A stretch of DNA of 64,000 nucleotides from Eledone cirrhosa. Its lineage: Eukaryota. The stretch lies in the NCBI GenBank assembly GCA_964016885.1, contig OZ024742.1, positions 321,904,001-321,968,000 of the forward strand, written 5' to 3'. The notes under the pieces were generated by a model, which was not told the origin of the DNA, searched no databases, and saw only the letters and a program-made list of their open reading frames with translations. The position numbers and the translations under genes were made by a program. Of the stretch, positions 1-15,339 are shown piece after piece; position 1 is the first letter of the stretch, and every line of letters starts with the position of its first letter.

Positions 1-260
1 GATATACACTATTGGTTGAAGGAAAGACGAGACTGTGTTAGTAGTACGACCAACGGCTGCTATCACACCAACAGCAGCAAAAGCAACAACAACAAAAAAG
101 AGAGGGAACGCAATTACATGTTTTTGAAAAATCTTAATGGAAAATTATTTGCCTATTCACCCAAGGCGACTTCACTTTTTATTAGGACTTCTGCATTGGT
201 GAACATACGACGAAACTGTTTCAGAAAGGAGGGCTAAACATGCCAATCTATGTTTAGAAT

Positions 261-288
261 CCCGAGCAACGCCGGGCCATTCTGCTAG
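261..288 (+). mobile_element. Helitron-type 3' terminus (CCCG..CGGG hairpin, CTAG then T)
   Basis: cccgagcaacgccgggccattctgctag|t; the same terminus recurs at 3776-3803 and 16884-16911. Confidence 0.7.
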
Positions 289-578
289 TTATATATAAAT
301 TAATGATTTTATTTATTGTATATTATTTACAATTTGTGTTGTAGACAGGTCTCTCGGGAAATAGGGGTGAGGCGCTGAGGGTATTATGTGGCCCTGAGGG
401 GGTGGCGGTGGCCCCAAAAGTTTGAGTAAATCTGATCTACATCAAGAACACAATAGCCGCCCGATCCACGAAACTCTCGATCATACGATCACGTGCCCAA
501 CATCGCTAACAACTAAACCACACGCCTTCACCATTACAAAAGATGACTTATGTAATAAATAACAACTCTTAAGTTTTT

Positions 579-582
<4 letters not shown>

Positions 583-663
<81 letters not shown>

Positions 664-748
664 TGTGTCTGTGTCTGTGTTTGTGTGTCTGTGTGTCTGT
701 GTATGTGTGTGTGTGATCACGCGCTTGTGTGTGTGTATGTGTGCATGC
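583..748. repeat. (GT)n microsatellite
   Basis: Direct reading. Confidence 0.95.
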
Positions 749-1519
749 GTCTACTTATATAATAAAATCATAATTTTTTATAAAACATTTTATTACAAAA
801 CAAGATACCATTGTACAACGCACAAGAAGCCTGTTTCATATTCTCGTTTTCTTTTACATAAAGAAAGAAATCATTCTTATCATTATTATTGACTTCTGTC
901 TGTGTACTACGTCACTGTGTTATTAATATTATCGCTGCGTAATTTCAAATGAATTGTTGTTCACCCTGCTCTGCCCAAGCTGAGATGTTTCTTGTGTCTA
1001 TTGTTTAATATAAGGCGTCTATAGACAGTTGTTAGAACGTTAGACACAATACCCTGCGATATTCGTTCCAGCTCACTGCGCTCTGAGTTAAACTTTGTCT
1101 TTTTATCTTTTCAAGGTCGATATATAATGTCGCAGTCAAGTTTCTGGAATCGCTTTTTTCTCCCTATCTCTCTCACAAGTCAATTTTTTCAAGTTTTACT
1201 TAAAGAGAAAACTGAAGATGGAAATGGAAGTGGTATCTTCTAACTAGTTTGTTGAAAGATAGGTAAGAGTGGACCGATTGAACGAGGCTGCACGGAGTAT
1301 CAGACCTGCCAACCTCTAAACACCCAAACGAGGAGTACCATGAAAAAAGTGCCTCAAAACAGGGAGAAATGAGGCAAAAATGGGGAGATTTTACATAATG
1401 AAAGCTATACCTATTTTCATAAATAAAATGTCACAAGAACCGTCGGGAATCAAACTCAGACTTTACGATCGTGAGGTGAAAATCTCAACTACTATGTCAC
1501 GCGCCTTCAAAACTAGCAA

Positions 1520-1700
1520 TAGTAGTAGTAGTAGCAGTAGTAGTAGTAGTAGTGGTGGTGGTGGTGGTGGTGGTGGTGGTGGCGGTGGTGGTGGTGGTGG
1601 TGGTGGTGGTGGTGGTGGTGGTGGTGGTGGTGGTGGTGGTAGAGATGCAGGTAGTGGTGGTGGTGGTGGTGGTGGTAGTAGTAATAGTATCAGCAACAAC

Positions 1701-1739
<39 letters not shown>

Positions 1740-1746
1740 TGTTGTT

Positions 1747-1783
<37 letters not shown>

Positions 1784-1800
1784 CAATGATGGTGGTGGTA
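1520..1800. repeat. Compound (AGT)n/(GGT)n trinucleotide microsatellite
   Basis: Direct reading; source of the poly-S/G/V/L/P ORFs. Confidence 0.95.
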
Positions 1801-2019
1801 GCAACTCCATTTGTCTTATTTCCATCATTATTAGTATTATGTTAACAAGGTCTATATTTTCTTTATAATTTATGATTTCTCTGTATAACAATATTGCGTC
1901 TTTATTTGCAGAAAACAACTGGTGGAACTCATAAATCTAAATCACGTTTATTTGAAAACATAGCTTTGTTTATTACTCATATTATATCTAGCCTTGTATG
2001 TGAGTGGCTATATATAAGT

Positions 2020-2585
<566 letters not shown>

Positions 2586-3235
2586 AATATATGAAACCAT
2601 TCTTATCTTGTAGAAATCACTTCTATATAAAATAAACATGCCTATACTCTACTAATGTAATGAGTACTTTATTTAACTGTGAGTATTTCCCGATATCATG
2701 CTTCGTTATACATACAGTAATAATAAGATACGAAGGATAGATTTCCATAATTCCTTTTATTACGTAATTAACCATATTACGCATTTCTGTGGTGCCATTG
2801 TTACACCATGATGCTACAACGCAATAGAACTGCATAACGCTAATGAAACGTTTCGCACCAAACAGTAAGGAAACGGAAACGGACAGAGATGGCTTAGCAA
2901 CAAAGAATAGGTAAATATATAAGAAAAGCAGAGAAATGGTGAAAGATTCGTACAGGGGACGGTGCTAACAATAGTGACGAATGAAAGTTGAAACAAATAT
3001 CACCTGATATTGTATGATGCTGGTATCGCCATTAAATCCTTAATCAGCAGAATTTAAGGAAACCTCTCTATTGATAGAAATTGCATAGTCTGCAAGGTGA
3101 GCCCACGGATAATTTGTAAAACTAGAAATGTGGTATACAACATAAGATACACAGAGGCCATTGTAGGAACATGATCACAGTATACGTAAGAAGAACTACC
3201 TGTAGTATAGTAGAAAAGATGAAGGAGCACTTCAT

Positions 3236-3803
<568 letters not shown>

Positions 3804-4652
3804 TATTAAACTAAAACATGAAGGCTCGCTTAAAAACACAGACATGTTAAAGAAAGAATGCACCCATAAGACTGAAACTAAATTCACCCTCAATAGAATG
3901 CAGGAAAAGAATAGCAACAATCCCACAACCTGCTGATTGATGGCCAAGATATCGTGACATACAGATATAGATACTCAAGGATGTACAAGTATAAATCCAC
4001 CCTCATTAAAACGCTGTGACGTGTAACAAAATTATTGAAACACATAGGAATGGACATAGAGAATAGCAGAGACTGACACAGCAAGACGTGTAGAGATGTG
4101 ATGGAGTGTACACATAAGTATATAGGTAATTAAAGGTATAGAGAGGATGGTGTGAGGTTACCAGGGTATATACACAAATACACCATAGCTACAGATATAG
4201 GTAAACAGAGAGAGAAACCTGCGTGAGTAGCAGACATATTAATATAAAGACACACTCCCACACACACATACACATATACACACATACACACACACACACA
4301 TACACAAACACACATACACAAACACACATACACACACATACAAACACACACAAACAAAAACACACATACACACACAGCAGAAAGACAAGATGGAGTACCT
4401 AAACTAAAATGTTGACGAGGAGGAGGAGACACAGAAGTCCAACATAGTAATTGAGAAGTTCTAAGACTGTATGATGGAAGATCTTTGAAAGTTAATAACC
4501 ATCCGGTTAAACCAGCCGATGGACGGATTAGTTACCTGACTAATAAAGATATAACTGAAACTAGACTGGAGTGTGTGTTTTTGTTGGCAGCATGACTTCC
4601 GAAACTATAACAATATCTGTTGCAACACGTGATTTCATATTAAGCATCATGC

Positions 4653-5092
<440 letters not shown>

Positions 5093-5304
5093 ATATATAT
5101 ATATATATATAGAGAGATTTTGAGTTTATGTTGGTTGTATACCAACACCTCAGTATGCAGGCTGGAGCACTCGACGAAGTGCGCAGGTTGGTTTGGTTAC
5201 TCCGGAGTAGTGTAAAATAAAGTTAAATAAAAGTCAAATGATTAAAATATATATAGCAGTAATAAACGAAGCTAAATTTTAATCATTTGACTTTTATTTA
5301 ACTT

Positions 5305-5392
<88 letters not shown>

Positions 5393-5533
5393 TATATATA
5401 TATATACAGTATATACTTTATTTTTGTACATACACACACATACATACAAATATAAATATATATATATATATATATACATGTATATATAAACATATATATA
5501 TATATGTATACATATATATATACATATATATAC

Positions 5534-5589
<56 letters not shown>

Positions 5590-5620
5590 GTACATGTATA
5601 TATGTATACATATATATATG

Positions 5621-5681
<61 letters not shown>

Positions 5682-5747
5682 TTAATATAGAAATGGCTTC
5701 TACAGGACTAGAACTGTTTCATTCTGTGGTTACCTCCGATTGAACCC

Positions 5748-5784
<37 letters not shown>

Positions 5785-6269
5785 TTATATATATTATATT
5801 ATATTATATTATTACCAGTAATGCACTGGGTATTTGCTGGCCTTGTGCCAAAAAGTAGAAACAATTATATACTTTATCGTATGCTATATTACACTAAACT
5901 GATACGCTGATGAAGTAGGTAAGGAGGTCACGTGCTCGGAAGTGAAAAAAAAAAGTGAGAACAAGGTTGGGGCACTCTAACCCAAAGAAAGAGGAGCACA
6001 CAATTTCTTCGACAAACAAACATTTAGGTCATACAATGGTGGCATTACAGCGGTATGTGGTAGTGACGTCATCTCCGGTTTGCAGACAGATGGTTTCTTA
6101 AGTATACATAAGCTGTCGCTTTAAAAGTACCCTTATCTCTTCGCCTTTCTTTCTTCCTTTTTTTCTCTCTTACCTTCTGACTTCCTATTTCTCTCTACTC
6201 CCTCACAACATCCATCTCTATTGCCTACTTTTCTATATCACTCTACATATCTATCTATCCATCTAACCT

Positions 6270-6326
6270 GCTCTCTCTCTCTGTCTTTCTCTTTCTCTCC
6301 CCCTCTCTCTCTCACACACACACGCA

Positions 6327-6374
<48 letters not shown>

Positions 6375-6960
6375 TTCTTTCACTCTTTCTCTCTCTCTCT
6401 TTCTTTCTTTCTTCCCTTCTTTCTCTCACTATTTTTCTTTCTTTATCTTACTCGCTCTCTCTTCTCTCTCTCTCTTTCCTTTCTTTCTATCTCTCTATCT
6501 TTCTTTTTTTCTTTCTATATCTTACTCTCTCTCTTTCTTTCTTTATCTTACTCTCTCTTTCTCTCCCTCTTTCTCTATTTTCTCTCTCTCTTTCTTTCTC
6601 TATTTTTCTCTCTCTCTTTCTCTCTCTTTCTTTCTCTTTCTTACTCTCTCTCTCTTTCTCTTTCTTTCTCTATCTTACTCTCACTCTCTCTCTCTCTCTC
6701 TTTCTCTATCTTTCTCTCTCTCTCTCTTTCTTTCTCATTCTTACTCTCTCTCTCTTTCTCACACACACACACACATACACAAACACAGTCTTCTTCTCTC
6801 TCTCACACACATACATATACACACACACACACTCTCTCTCTCTCTCTCTTTCTTTCTCTAGCTTACTCTCGCTCTCTTTCTCTAACGCAAACACGCACTC
6901 TTTCTTCTCTCTCTCACACACATACACACTTACACACATACACACATACACACTCTCTCT
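6270..6960. repeat. Degenerate (CT)n/(CTTT)n/(CA)n low-complexity tract
   Basis: Direct reading. Confidence 0.9.
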
Positions 6961-7151
6961 AATTTTATCTCTTTTAATATTCTTCCAATCTACTTATCTA
7001 TTTTATTTTATTGTTTTGCTAGTTTCAGTCATTTGACAGCGGCCATGCTGGGGTACACGCTTGAGTTATAATCGATCATATCGTACAATTCTTCATGCTT
7101 TCTTCTTTTTTTTCTCTCTCGCCTCCATTTTTTACCTACCCCTCTCTCTCT

Positions 7152-7182
<31 letters not shown>

Positions 7183-7196
7183 CCAATCCATCTATC

Positions 7197-7238
<42 letters not shown>

Positions 7239-7240
<2 letters not shown>

Positions 7241-7680
7241 GTATGGTGGACAAGGTTGAAAGGGCTGAGGTCAGACACCTTTCTCTCCGGCCAACAACTG
7301 ATTCTTTTTTTCAAATACCACTTTGGAAGAAGAATCAGGATGGAGAGAGAGGTGCTGTACCCCAGCAAGTTTTATGAAAGGTGGGTGAAAGTGGCGAGAA
7401 TGGCCCGAGTGAATGGGCCTTCTCTCTATATCAGCCTGTAGGTTGAGGAAAAGGAGGAGGAGAGGAAAGGAGTACAAGCTCTTCGTACTCCTGGAGATGA
7501 GGGTTGCACATTTTTTTCGGGGGTCTGTGTTACCCATATAAACTGTCTCCCTCTATTGGGGAAAATCGACTAACTTTTAAATTCCATCTGTGATAACATT
7601 TTACACGTTTTTATTGTATGTAAACTTCCCCCTTTGTATTTGTCCCCTTCTTTTGTGCCCCTGTGGCTAATAAAGAAATA
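7239..7680 (+). mobile_element. Tx1-clade LINE, 5'-truncated copy 1 (ORF2 C-terminus + 3' UTR), (ATCT)n on both sides
   Basis: VWWTRLKGLRSDTFLSGQ...VNGPSLYISL* is homologous to the ORF2 end at 31957; ends ctgtggctaataaagaaata + (TATC)n; near-identical to 9895-10334. Confidence 0.9.
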
Positions 7681-7708
7681 TATCTATCTATCTATCTATC
7701 TATCTTAT

Positions 7709-8099
7709 CGGAAGAAGGATCAGGATGGAGAGAGAGGTGCTGCACCCCAGTCGTTTTTATGAAAGGTGGGTGAAAGTGGCGAGAATGGCCCGTGTGAATG
7801 GGCCTTCTCTTTACATAAGCCTGTAGGTGGAAAAGAGGAAGGAACGAGGGAGCACCCCCTCTCTGTGCTCCTGAGGAAAAGGGTTGCACACTTTTTTCGG
7901 GGGTGTGTGCGACCCCCCAAGGCGCCTCCTCTCTATTGAGGATTTTGTTAAAAATTTTATTTTTTGTTATATCTTATTTTATTTTTATATTTTGTTATTG
8001 CCTCCTCCTTATTGAGGACGCCTTTTTGTGTAAACTCCCCCCTTTGTACTTGTCCCACTTTTGATGCCCTAGTGGCAAATAAAAGAAACTTATCTATCT
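7709..8099 (+). mobile_element. Tx1-clade LINE, 5'-truncated copy 2 (diverged 3' UTR)
   Basis: Encodes RMEREVL..ERWVKVARMARVNGP; ends ctagtggcaaataaaagaaacttatctatct. Confidence 0.85.
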
Positions 8100-8101
8100 T
8101 A

Positions 8102-10334
8102 TTCTCCGGTCTCCTGGAAGCGGTCTACAGCAACTGGCAACAGAACGGGAGAATTCCCAGTTCTGTGACCAGGGGCGTAGTCACACTAGTCAGGAAGGAC
8201 GAGAATAAGGGGGATGACATAGGCAACTTCCGGCCCATAACTCTGCTAAACACAGAGTTACAGATTTTGGCCAAGGTGTTGGCAAAGAGGCTGGCGCTTG
8301 TCGTCGAGAACCTGGTGGGAGAAGCGCAGACATGCGCAATCCCGACTAGGTCCATGCACGACAACCTCCACCTCATGCGATACATCATAGAGAGAGTAGG
8401 GTGTAAACCCGGCTTCGGTGGGGCCCTGATCAACTTGGATCAGTCTAAGGCTTTCGATAGGGTTGACCATCGTTACCTGGATGCGGTGCTCGAGGCGGCA
8501 GGCTTCGGACCCGTGTTCAGGGGCTGGATTGCTGCAATGCATAACAGCAACATCTGCTCAAGGGTTAAGGTGAACGGCTACCTCTCGGAGCCGTTCCATA
8601 TCACGGGATCCATTCGACAGGGATGCCCTCTCTCCTCCCTTCTGTACGTACTGACTCTCGAGCCACTACTGCGGAAGTTGGAGCTATTGCAGAGCATCCC
8701 TCTGGAACCGGCACTGCGGAAAGCGGCGTCACAGTAATGGTGTCGAGCACCTCGCAAATCGAGGAGGTCGGCACCTTACTGAAGGAATACGAAAGGTTCA
8801 CAGGAGCGAAGCTGAACCGGGACAAGTCCATCGGTTTGCAACTCGGATCGTGGAGAGGCAGACCGATGCCTTCCGATGGCGTCGTCGGACGCTGGACGGA
8901 AGGACCAGTAAAGCTGCTCGGGGTCTGGTTTGGTCCGGACATCCAGGTGGAGAAGAACTGGAACGAGGTGTCGGCCAAGGTGTTTGCACTCACCCAGAAG
9001 TGGGCCGAGTGCAAACTATCCTTGAAAGGTCAAACGGAGGTGGCGAACACTTTTATAGCGTCCGCCATCTACTACCGCTTGACCGTCGTGCCTTGTCCAG
9101 CCAAAACGCTCGCCAAAATGGAGCGCGCGCTCTTCCAATTCCTTTGGAAGAGGCGGGCTCCTTTGGAGAGAACATCCATCTGCTGCCAACGCCCTTCCAA
9201 CGGAGGGCTGGGGATGCCGTGGCTGTCGATGCGCAAACACGCGCTCAGGCTGCGGCATCTCTACGTATTCCTCACCGGACAACTGGTATGGGCCCCGTTC
9301 GTGAGGCGAGCCTTCCCACGACTCGTCTCGCTAACCGAGCTGCAGTCCTGGGTCAAGCTAAGACCGAGGAAAATGGGCGACTGGCACATCGAATGTGCTC
9401 AGGCGCTCACAGCCTTCTGGCAGGCGGACCCGGCGATCAGTGGAGACTCCACTTCGTCATTCTATAGAGGGTTGATCCGCAGCAAGTGCGACGACGTGCT
9501 CGGTGAAACTCTGGGCGTAGAGGAAGACGAACTGGCCAGTCTGTTCGGTAGGACCTTCCGCCCGGGACTGAAGGACAACTTCCAAAAGTCCCTGGCCTGG
9601 CAGTGCTACTGAGGAGCTCTACCAGTTCGAGACAAGCTCTACAGACATGGGTGCCCGGGCAGGGACCCTGCAAAAAAGATCTGACCGAGGTGCGTGCGAG
9701 ACGAAGAAACCGTCGCGCACGCATTCATACACTGCCCGGGGGTCACCGACCTGTGGGGCTATGTAGAACGACTATTGTCGCGGGTGGGACCAATCCGGTT
9801 GACCACCGGGTCCATTGTCATGATCAAACCGCCACCCTCCTTCAAAAACGAAGGAGAGGCGGTTTTCCTTTGTGTGATAGCTATGGCGAAAGAGGTTGTA
9901 TGGTGGACAAGGTTGAAAGGGCTGAGGTCAGACACCTTTCTCTCCGGCCAACAACTGATTCTTTTTTTCAAATACCACTTTGGATGAAGAATCAGGATGG
10001 AGAGAGAGGTGTTGTACCCCAGCAAGTTTTATGAAAGGTGAGTGAAAGTGGCGAGAATGGCCCGAGTGAATGGGCCTTCTCTCTATATCAGCCTGTAGGT
10101 TGAGGAAAAAGAGGAGGAGAGGAAAGGAGTACAAACTCTTCGTACTATTGGAGATGAGGGTTGCACATTTTTCGGGGGTATGTGTTACCCATATGAAATG
10201 TCTCCCCCTATTGGGGAAAATCGACTAATTTTTAAATTACATTTGTGATAATAATTTACACGTTTTTATTGTATGTAAACTTCCCCCTTTGTATTTGTCC
10301 CCTTCTTTTGTGCCCCTGTGGCTAATAAAGAAAT
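8102..10334 (+). pseudogene. Tx1-clade LINE copy 3: RT to 3' UTR, disrupted (YADD deleted with frameshift at ~8728; stops at 9610, 9985, 10039)
   Basis: NFRPITLLNT, LDQSKAFDRVDH, IRQGCPLS, zinc finger CxRC..HAFIHC; followed by an (ATCT)n tail. Confidence 0.92.
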
Positions 10335-10375
10335 ATATCTATATCTATCAATCTATCTATCTATCTATCTATCAA

Positions 10376-10412
<37 letters not shown>

Positions 10413-10436
10413 CTATATATATGATATTTGTCTATC

Positions 10437-11135
10437 TGAGGTCTCTGGCCTGGCAGTGCTACCGAGGAGCTCTACCAGTTCGAGACAAGATCTACAGGCA
10501 CGGACGCCCCGACAGGGATCCTTCCAAGAGGATGTGTCCAAGATGCAAGCAGGACATTGAAACCGTTCTGCACGCAATTGTACACTGCCCGGGCGTAACC
10601 GACCTGTGGAGCTACGCAGAACAACTGCTGTCACGTATGGGACAAATCCAGTTGACTGCCGAATCCATAATAAGGATCAAACCGCCAACTTCTTTCAAAA
10701 ACGAAAGAGAGGTGGTTTTCTTCTGTATAGTGGCTATGGTGAAAGAGATTATATGGTGGACGAGATTGAGAGGACTGAGGACAGATCCTTTTCTCTCCTG
10801 ACAACAACTCATTCCATTCTTTAGGTACCACTTTATGAGGAGAATCAGAGTGGAGAGAGAGGCACTGCACTCCAGTAAATTTACTGAAAGGTGGGTGAAT
10901 GTAGCAAAAATGCCCCGAGTGATTGGGCCTTCTCTGTATATAAACTTGTAGTTTGAAGATGAGAGATAAAGGAAGAAAGGAGCACTTGCACAACGCGCTC
11001 CTGGAGTTGAGGGTTTGTTCTATCTATGGGGTATTTAACAACCCATTTGTAACGCCCCCTCCTCCCTCCCCCTATTGGGGATTTCGATTGTTGAATTTGT
11101 TTGTTTAAAAATTTTTTTTACACGATTGTATGTAA
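10437..11135 (+). mobile_element. Tx1-clade LINE, 5'-truncated copy 4 (diverged subfamily)
   Basis: SLAWQCYRGALPVRDK..CPRC..HAIVHC..WWTRL, followed by a related 3' UTR. Confidence 0.85.
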
Positions 11136-11138
11136 GCT

Positions 11139-13141
11139 ATATACTGTGGACGTGGAGCAACCGCACTGGGTCTTCTAGATCGTATTTAGATAGATTTCTA
11201 ATTAGAGAGAATGATAAGGAACCATTACGCTGTTCAAAAATGCACATGGTTGCCTATTCAGACGACAAATTAGTCACCTGCATAGTCAACCTTGATAGAG
11301 CACATAAACAGGGACCCGGATACTGGAAGCTAAACATGTCGTTCCCGGCGCGTATGGCTTACAGCAAACGGATTAGCACCTTAGTTAAGAGCCAGTTGAC
11401 AGGGGCCATCGTCAACAACAGGTGGTGGAGCTCTCTCAAGAGAGCAATTACAATAGAATCGATAGCATTTAGAAAGGAAGTAGCTTTAGAAAAAAACAAA
11501 ACTGAAAAGGAACTGGTAGCTAAAGTAGAAGAGGCACTTAGGAATGGCAGTACAGCTGACGTGCTAGGGGCGAGAACGGCACTAGACCAGTTCTTCAACG
11601 TGAAACACGAAGGTTGTATTGTCAGAAGTAGAACACGTGCTCTAAGAAACGAGGGACCCAAAGCTGTTAGCTGGGCCCGAGTGGAAGAGGCGAAAAATGG
11701 CAACAAATCCACAATTCGGTCTTTGCAAAACAAAGATGGACGCGTTCTAATTGAATCCAAGCAGACGTGTACGGCCTTCCAGCAGCACTTTGCACAACTG
11801 TTCGGGCAAAGCCGTACATCGAGCGAGGTGATGGACTTCAGTTCCTACCTCGACGGCCTACCATGACTCTCGAGCACGGGTGCAGAGAGCTGCGAAAGGC
11901 CGATCACAGCGGGCGAAATAGAAGAAGCCCTAGGCCGCTATGGGAAATGCAAATCACCAGGTTTAGATGGTCTACCCTATGAGTTTTACATAGGCATGCC
12001 AGTCTTGTTCTCTAGCGTCCTCGAAGTGTCTACTGCAACTAGCAGCAGAACGGGAGGATTCCCAGTTCTGTAGGCAGAGGCGTAGTAACGCTGATCAGGA
12101 AAGATGAGAACAAGAGGGAGGATATAAGCAATTTCAGGCCCATAACTCCGCTCAACACAGAGTTAAAGATTTTGGCCAAAGTGTTAGCAGCGAGGCTGGC
12201 GCTTGTCGTCGAGAACCAGGTAGGGGAAGCGCAAACGTGTGCAATCCCGACCAAGTCCATACACGACAACCTCCACCTCATGCGATACATCATAGAGAAG
12301 GTAGAGTGTAAACCAGGCTTCGGTGGGGCTCTGATCAATTTAGATCAGTCTAAGGCATTTGATAGAGTCGACCATCAATACTTGGAAGCGGTTCTCAAGG
12401 CGGCCGGCTTCGGTCCCGTCTTCAGAGGCTGGATCGCTGCCATGCACACCAGCATCTGCTCGGCAGTCAAGGTGAATGGCTGCCTATCGGAACCAATCCA
12501 AATCATGCGTTCCATCCGTCAGGGAAGCCATCTCTCCTCCATTCTGTGTGTACTGACTCTCGAGTCATTATGCGGAAGCTGGAGCTGTTGCAGAGCATCC
12601 CGATCGAACCAGGACTGCGGAAAGCAGCGTCGGCCTATGCCGACGACGTAACAATAATGGTGTCGAAAACATGGGAAATCGGGGTAATCGGCAACCTATT
12701 ACAGGAATACGAAACTTTGACAGGAGCAAGACTAAACCCAAACAAGTCTGTCGGTTTGCAGCTCGGCAAATGGAGGGCAAACCCATGCCTTCCGACAATG
12801 TCGTTGGACGCTAGACGGAAGGACCGGTGAAATTGCTCGGGGTCTGGTTTGGTCCAGACCTCCAGGTGTACAAGAACTGGAACGAGGTCATGGCGAAGGT
12901 GTTTGCACTCACCCAGAAGTGGACTGAGAGCAAACTTTCCTTGAATGGTCGAGCGGAGGTGGCGAACACTTACATAGCGCCCGTCATTTACTACCGTTTG
13001 ACAGTCGTGCCTTGTCCCCGCTCACAGTCGTGCCTTGTCCCCCTTCAGGCGCTCACAGCCCTCTACCAAGCGGAAATGGCAATCAGCGGAGACTCCTCTT
13101 CGACATTCTATAGGGGATTAGTGGAGGATAAGTGCGATGTT
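11139..13141 (+). pseudogene. Tx1-clade LINE copy 5: end of AP endonuclease + RT, frameshifted, 3' end lost
   Basis: WTWSNRTGSSRSYLDRF, GPGYWKLN, SKAFDRVDH, AYADDVT. Confidence 0.9.
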
Positions 13142-14260
13142 GTTAAATAGGTTGTTTAATTTAAAAAATGTAATTTAAACCTAAATCTTCATCTATCCAT
13201 AAACAATCTAATATCATTTCACAAAACATGGCAATGAATAAAATTAAATATAATCATAGTATTGAAAATCCAGACTCCAATACAGAGGGTATCAAAAAAG
13301 TTAACTCACACCACAAGAATAATCCTAAGAAAAACCACAGAAAGAAAAATTATGTTAAAAACAATAATATAAATAATATTGTACCTAACACAACACAAAA
13401 CAATAATATAAATAACAATCATAAGAAGAATAGAAGTAACACATTTTTTAATCCTCCGTTCAACTTAAATGTCTCAACCAACATACCTAAAGTTTTCTTC
13501 TCTATTTTAGACAAAAACTTCCCAATTAACCATAAATACCACAACCTATTTAACAAAAATACTATTAAAATCTCTTACTCCACCACACCTAACATCGCAG
13601 ACCATATAGCTAGCAGTAACAAGAGGAAGGTTTTAAAGTACTTCAGATTACACCAAGTTAATAATGTCCAACATAGAAATAACCTTAACAATAACTCAGT
13701 ACAGGACTATACTGCAAGTAATAGTAATAATACCAATAATCTTAATAATACTTACCATAATCTTAATACTAGAAGTATAAACAGATATAACCGCTCAAAT
13801 TCACACCCCCTTAACTAATATACTAGTTACAAAACAATTGTAATTGTAGACCTAATAGAACATGCCTATGAAGTAAGAACTCCCTTATTAAAAACATTAT
13901 ATACTCCTGAACTGTCACTGCTAATCATACTTCGAAAGTCTATATAGGTTCAACATCGAATAGTTTTAAGACCAGATACAATTCGAACCTACATTCGTTC
14001 AGAAACCCTAGACTTAGTAATGTAACTTCACTATCCACATAAATACACTCATTAAAATCAAGTAATATACCATATACCTTAGAATGGGAAGTGATAGCTA
14101 AGGCCCCTTCATATAAACTACCTAATATATTTTGTAACCTTTGCATCCTCGAGTCTATTATTCATTCTAATCTTAACCTGCTAAATAGGAAATCAGAGAT
14201 TTTTTCCAAGTGTCCACATTACCACAGATTTCTTTTCTACTACTTCAAACAAAGTAGCTG
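13142..14260 (+). mobile_element. Penelope-like element, 3' fragment with degenerate GIY-YIG endonuclease
   Basis: FNPPFNLNVSTNI..LDKNFP..KISYS, then YIGSTSNSFKTRY..HSFRNP..LEWEVI..CNLCILE; paralogous to 40640-41316. Confidence 0.8.
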
Positions 14261-14640
14261 ATATAAACCAATGTCGGAAATAATACTAGACCTTTAAATT
14301 TATCCCATTAGATGTTTGTAATTATATAACTACACCTTAACTTAAACAAACCACACCAACCTATATCCTGTCCGATATTCCTTCTGAGTGATCAAATTAG
14401 CACCATTACACATATATATATATATATATATTAATAAACTAATAAACCCCTTTTTTGATCTCTCACCTAATACAATTCTAATTTTTCTCAATAACCAAAT
14501 AAATAAATAATTTAGACACCCTGGTATACTCTCAATACCTACATCTAAAACAATATATAACACTAATTAAATAACTGACAACAATGTATATAACACCAAT
14601 TACTCTATTGTATATTATATATATATATAATATATAATAT

Positions 14641-15090
14641 ATATATATAAAACAGAGGATGTCTGTCTGTGTGTCTGTTTCCCTAAAACTCGAGAAGTAC
14701 CCAACCGTTTTTTTTTTCAAACTTTACACATGTAACCCGTATGGCCCCGGAAGTGTTTTGAGCAAAAAAAAATTCAAATTATTCTGACCTGGCGATCGAA
14801 TTAGTGAAGTGGCCAATGTCTGTACATAATGGGGGAGTGAGAGGGGAGAGAAAGAAATGGAGAGGCGAAGTGAAGAAGTGGCTCTCTACTCCTTCTCCTC
14901 CTCCTTCTCCCCATTCGTCACAGCGTTTTTCGATAGAAGGGAGAAATGTGAACGAGTTACAGAGAGAAAGAGTGAGAGTGAAAGAAACAGACAGACTAAA
15001 ACAGGGGGATAGCGGGAGAGAGAGAGAGAGAGAGAGAGAGAGTGACAGACGCCGTCTTTTGAGAGTTGTATGCGTCAAAGATACATGACA
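14641..15090 (+). mobile_element. Non-autonomous Helitron-like 5' portion
   Basis: tatataaaacagaggatgtctgtctgt start; ~140 bp is inverted relative to 15660-15805. Confidence 0.55.
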
Positions 15091-15339
15091 GTAGAATAAC
15101 TATTGCGTGTGTGTGTACGTGCGCGTGTGTGTGTGGGAGTTTGTGTGCGTTTGCATGCGTGAGTGTGTATGTGTGCGTGAGTGATTATAAACTCTCTCAC
15201 ATGGTCTGATAGAATTAACCCTTTAGCATTTACATTACTCTATATATACTATATTTTTTTCATGGTAAAGGCTTTATCTCACATAATATAAAAATCTCAT
15301 AGATTTAATATTATTTATTTTGAGAACAATACCTTAACC

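Noticed and set aside
2800-3230. Possible host exon in unique sequence (also 18100-18900 and 55300-55650)
   Set aside because: No recognisable protein or convincing splice-bounded ORF; small exons cannot be excluded without RNA-seq
5900-6120. Possible host promoter (TGACGTCA) or hammerhead (ctgatga at ~5907)
   Set aside because: Isolated motifs with no supporting stems, exon or ORF
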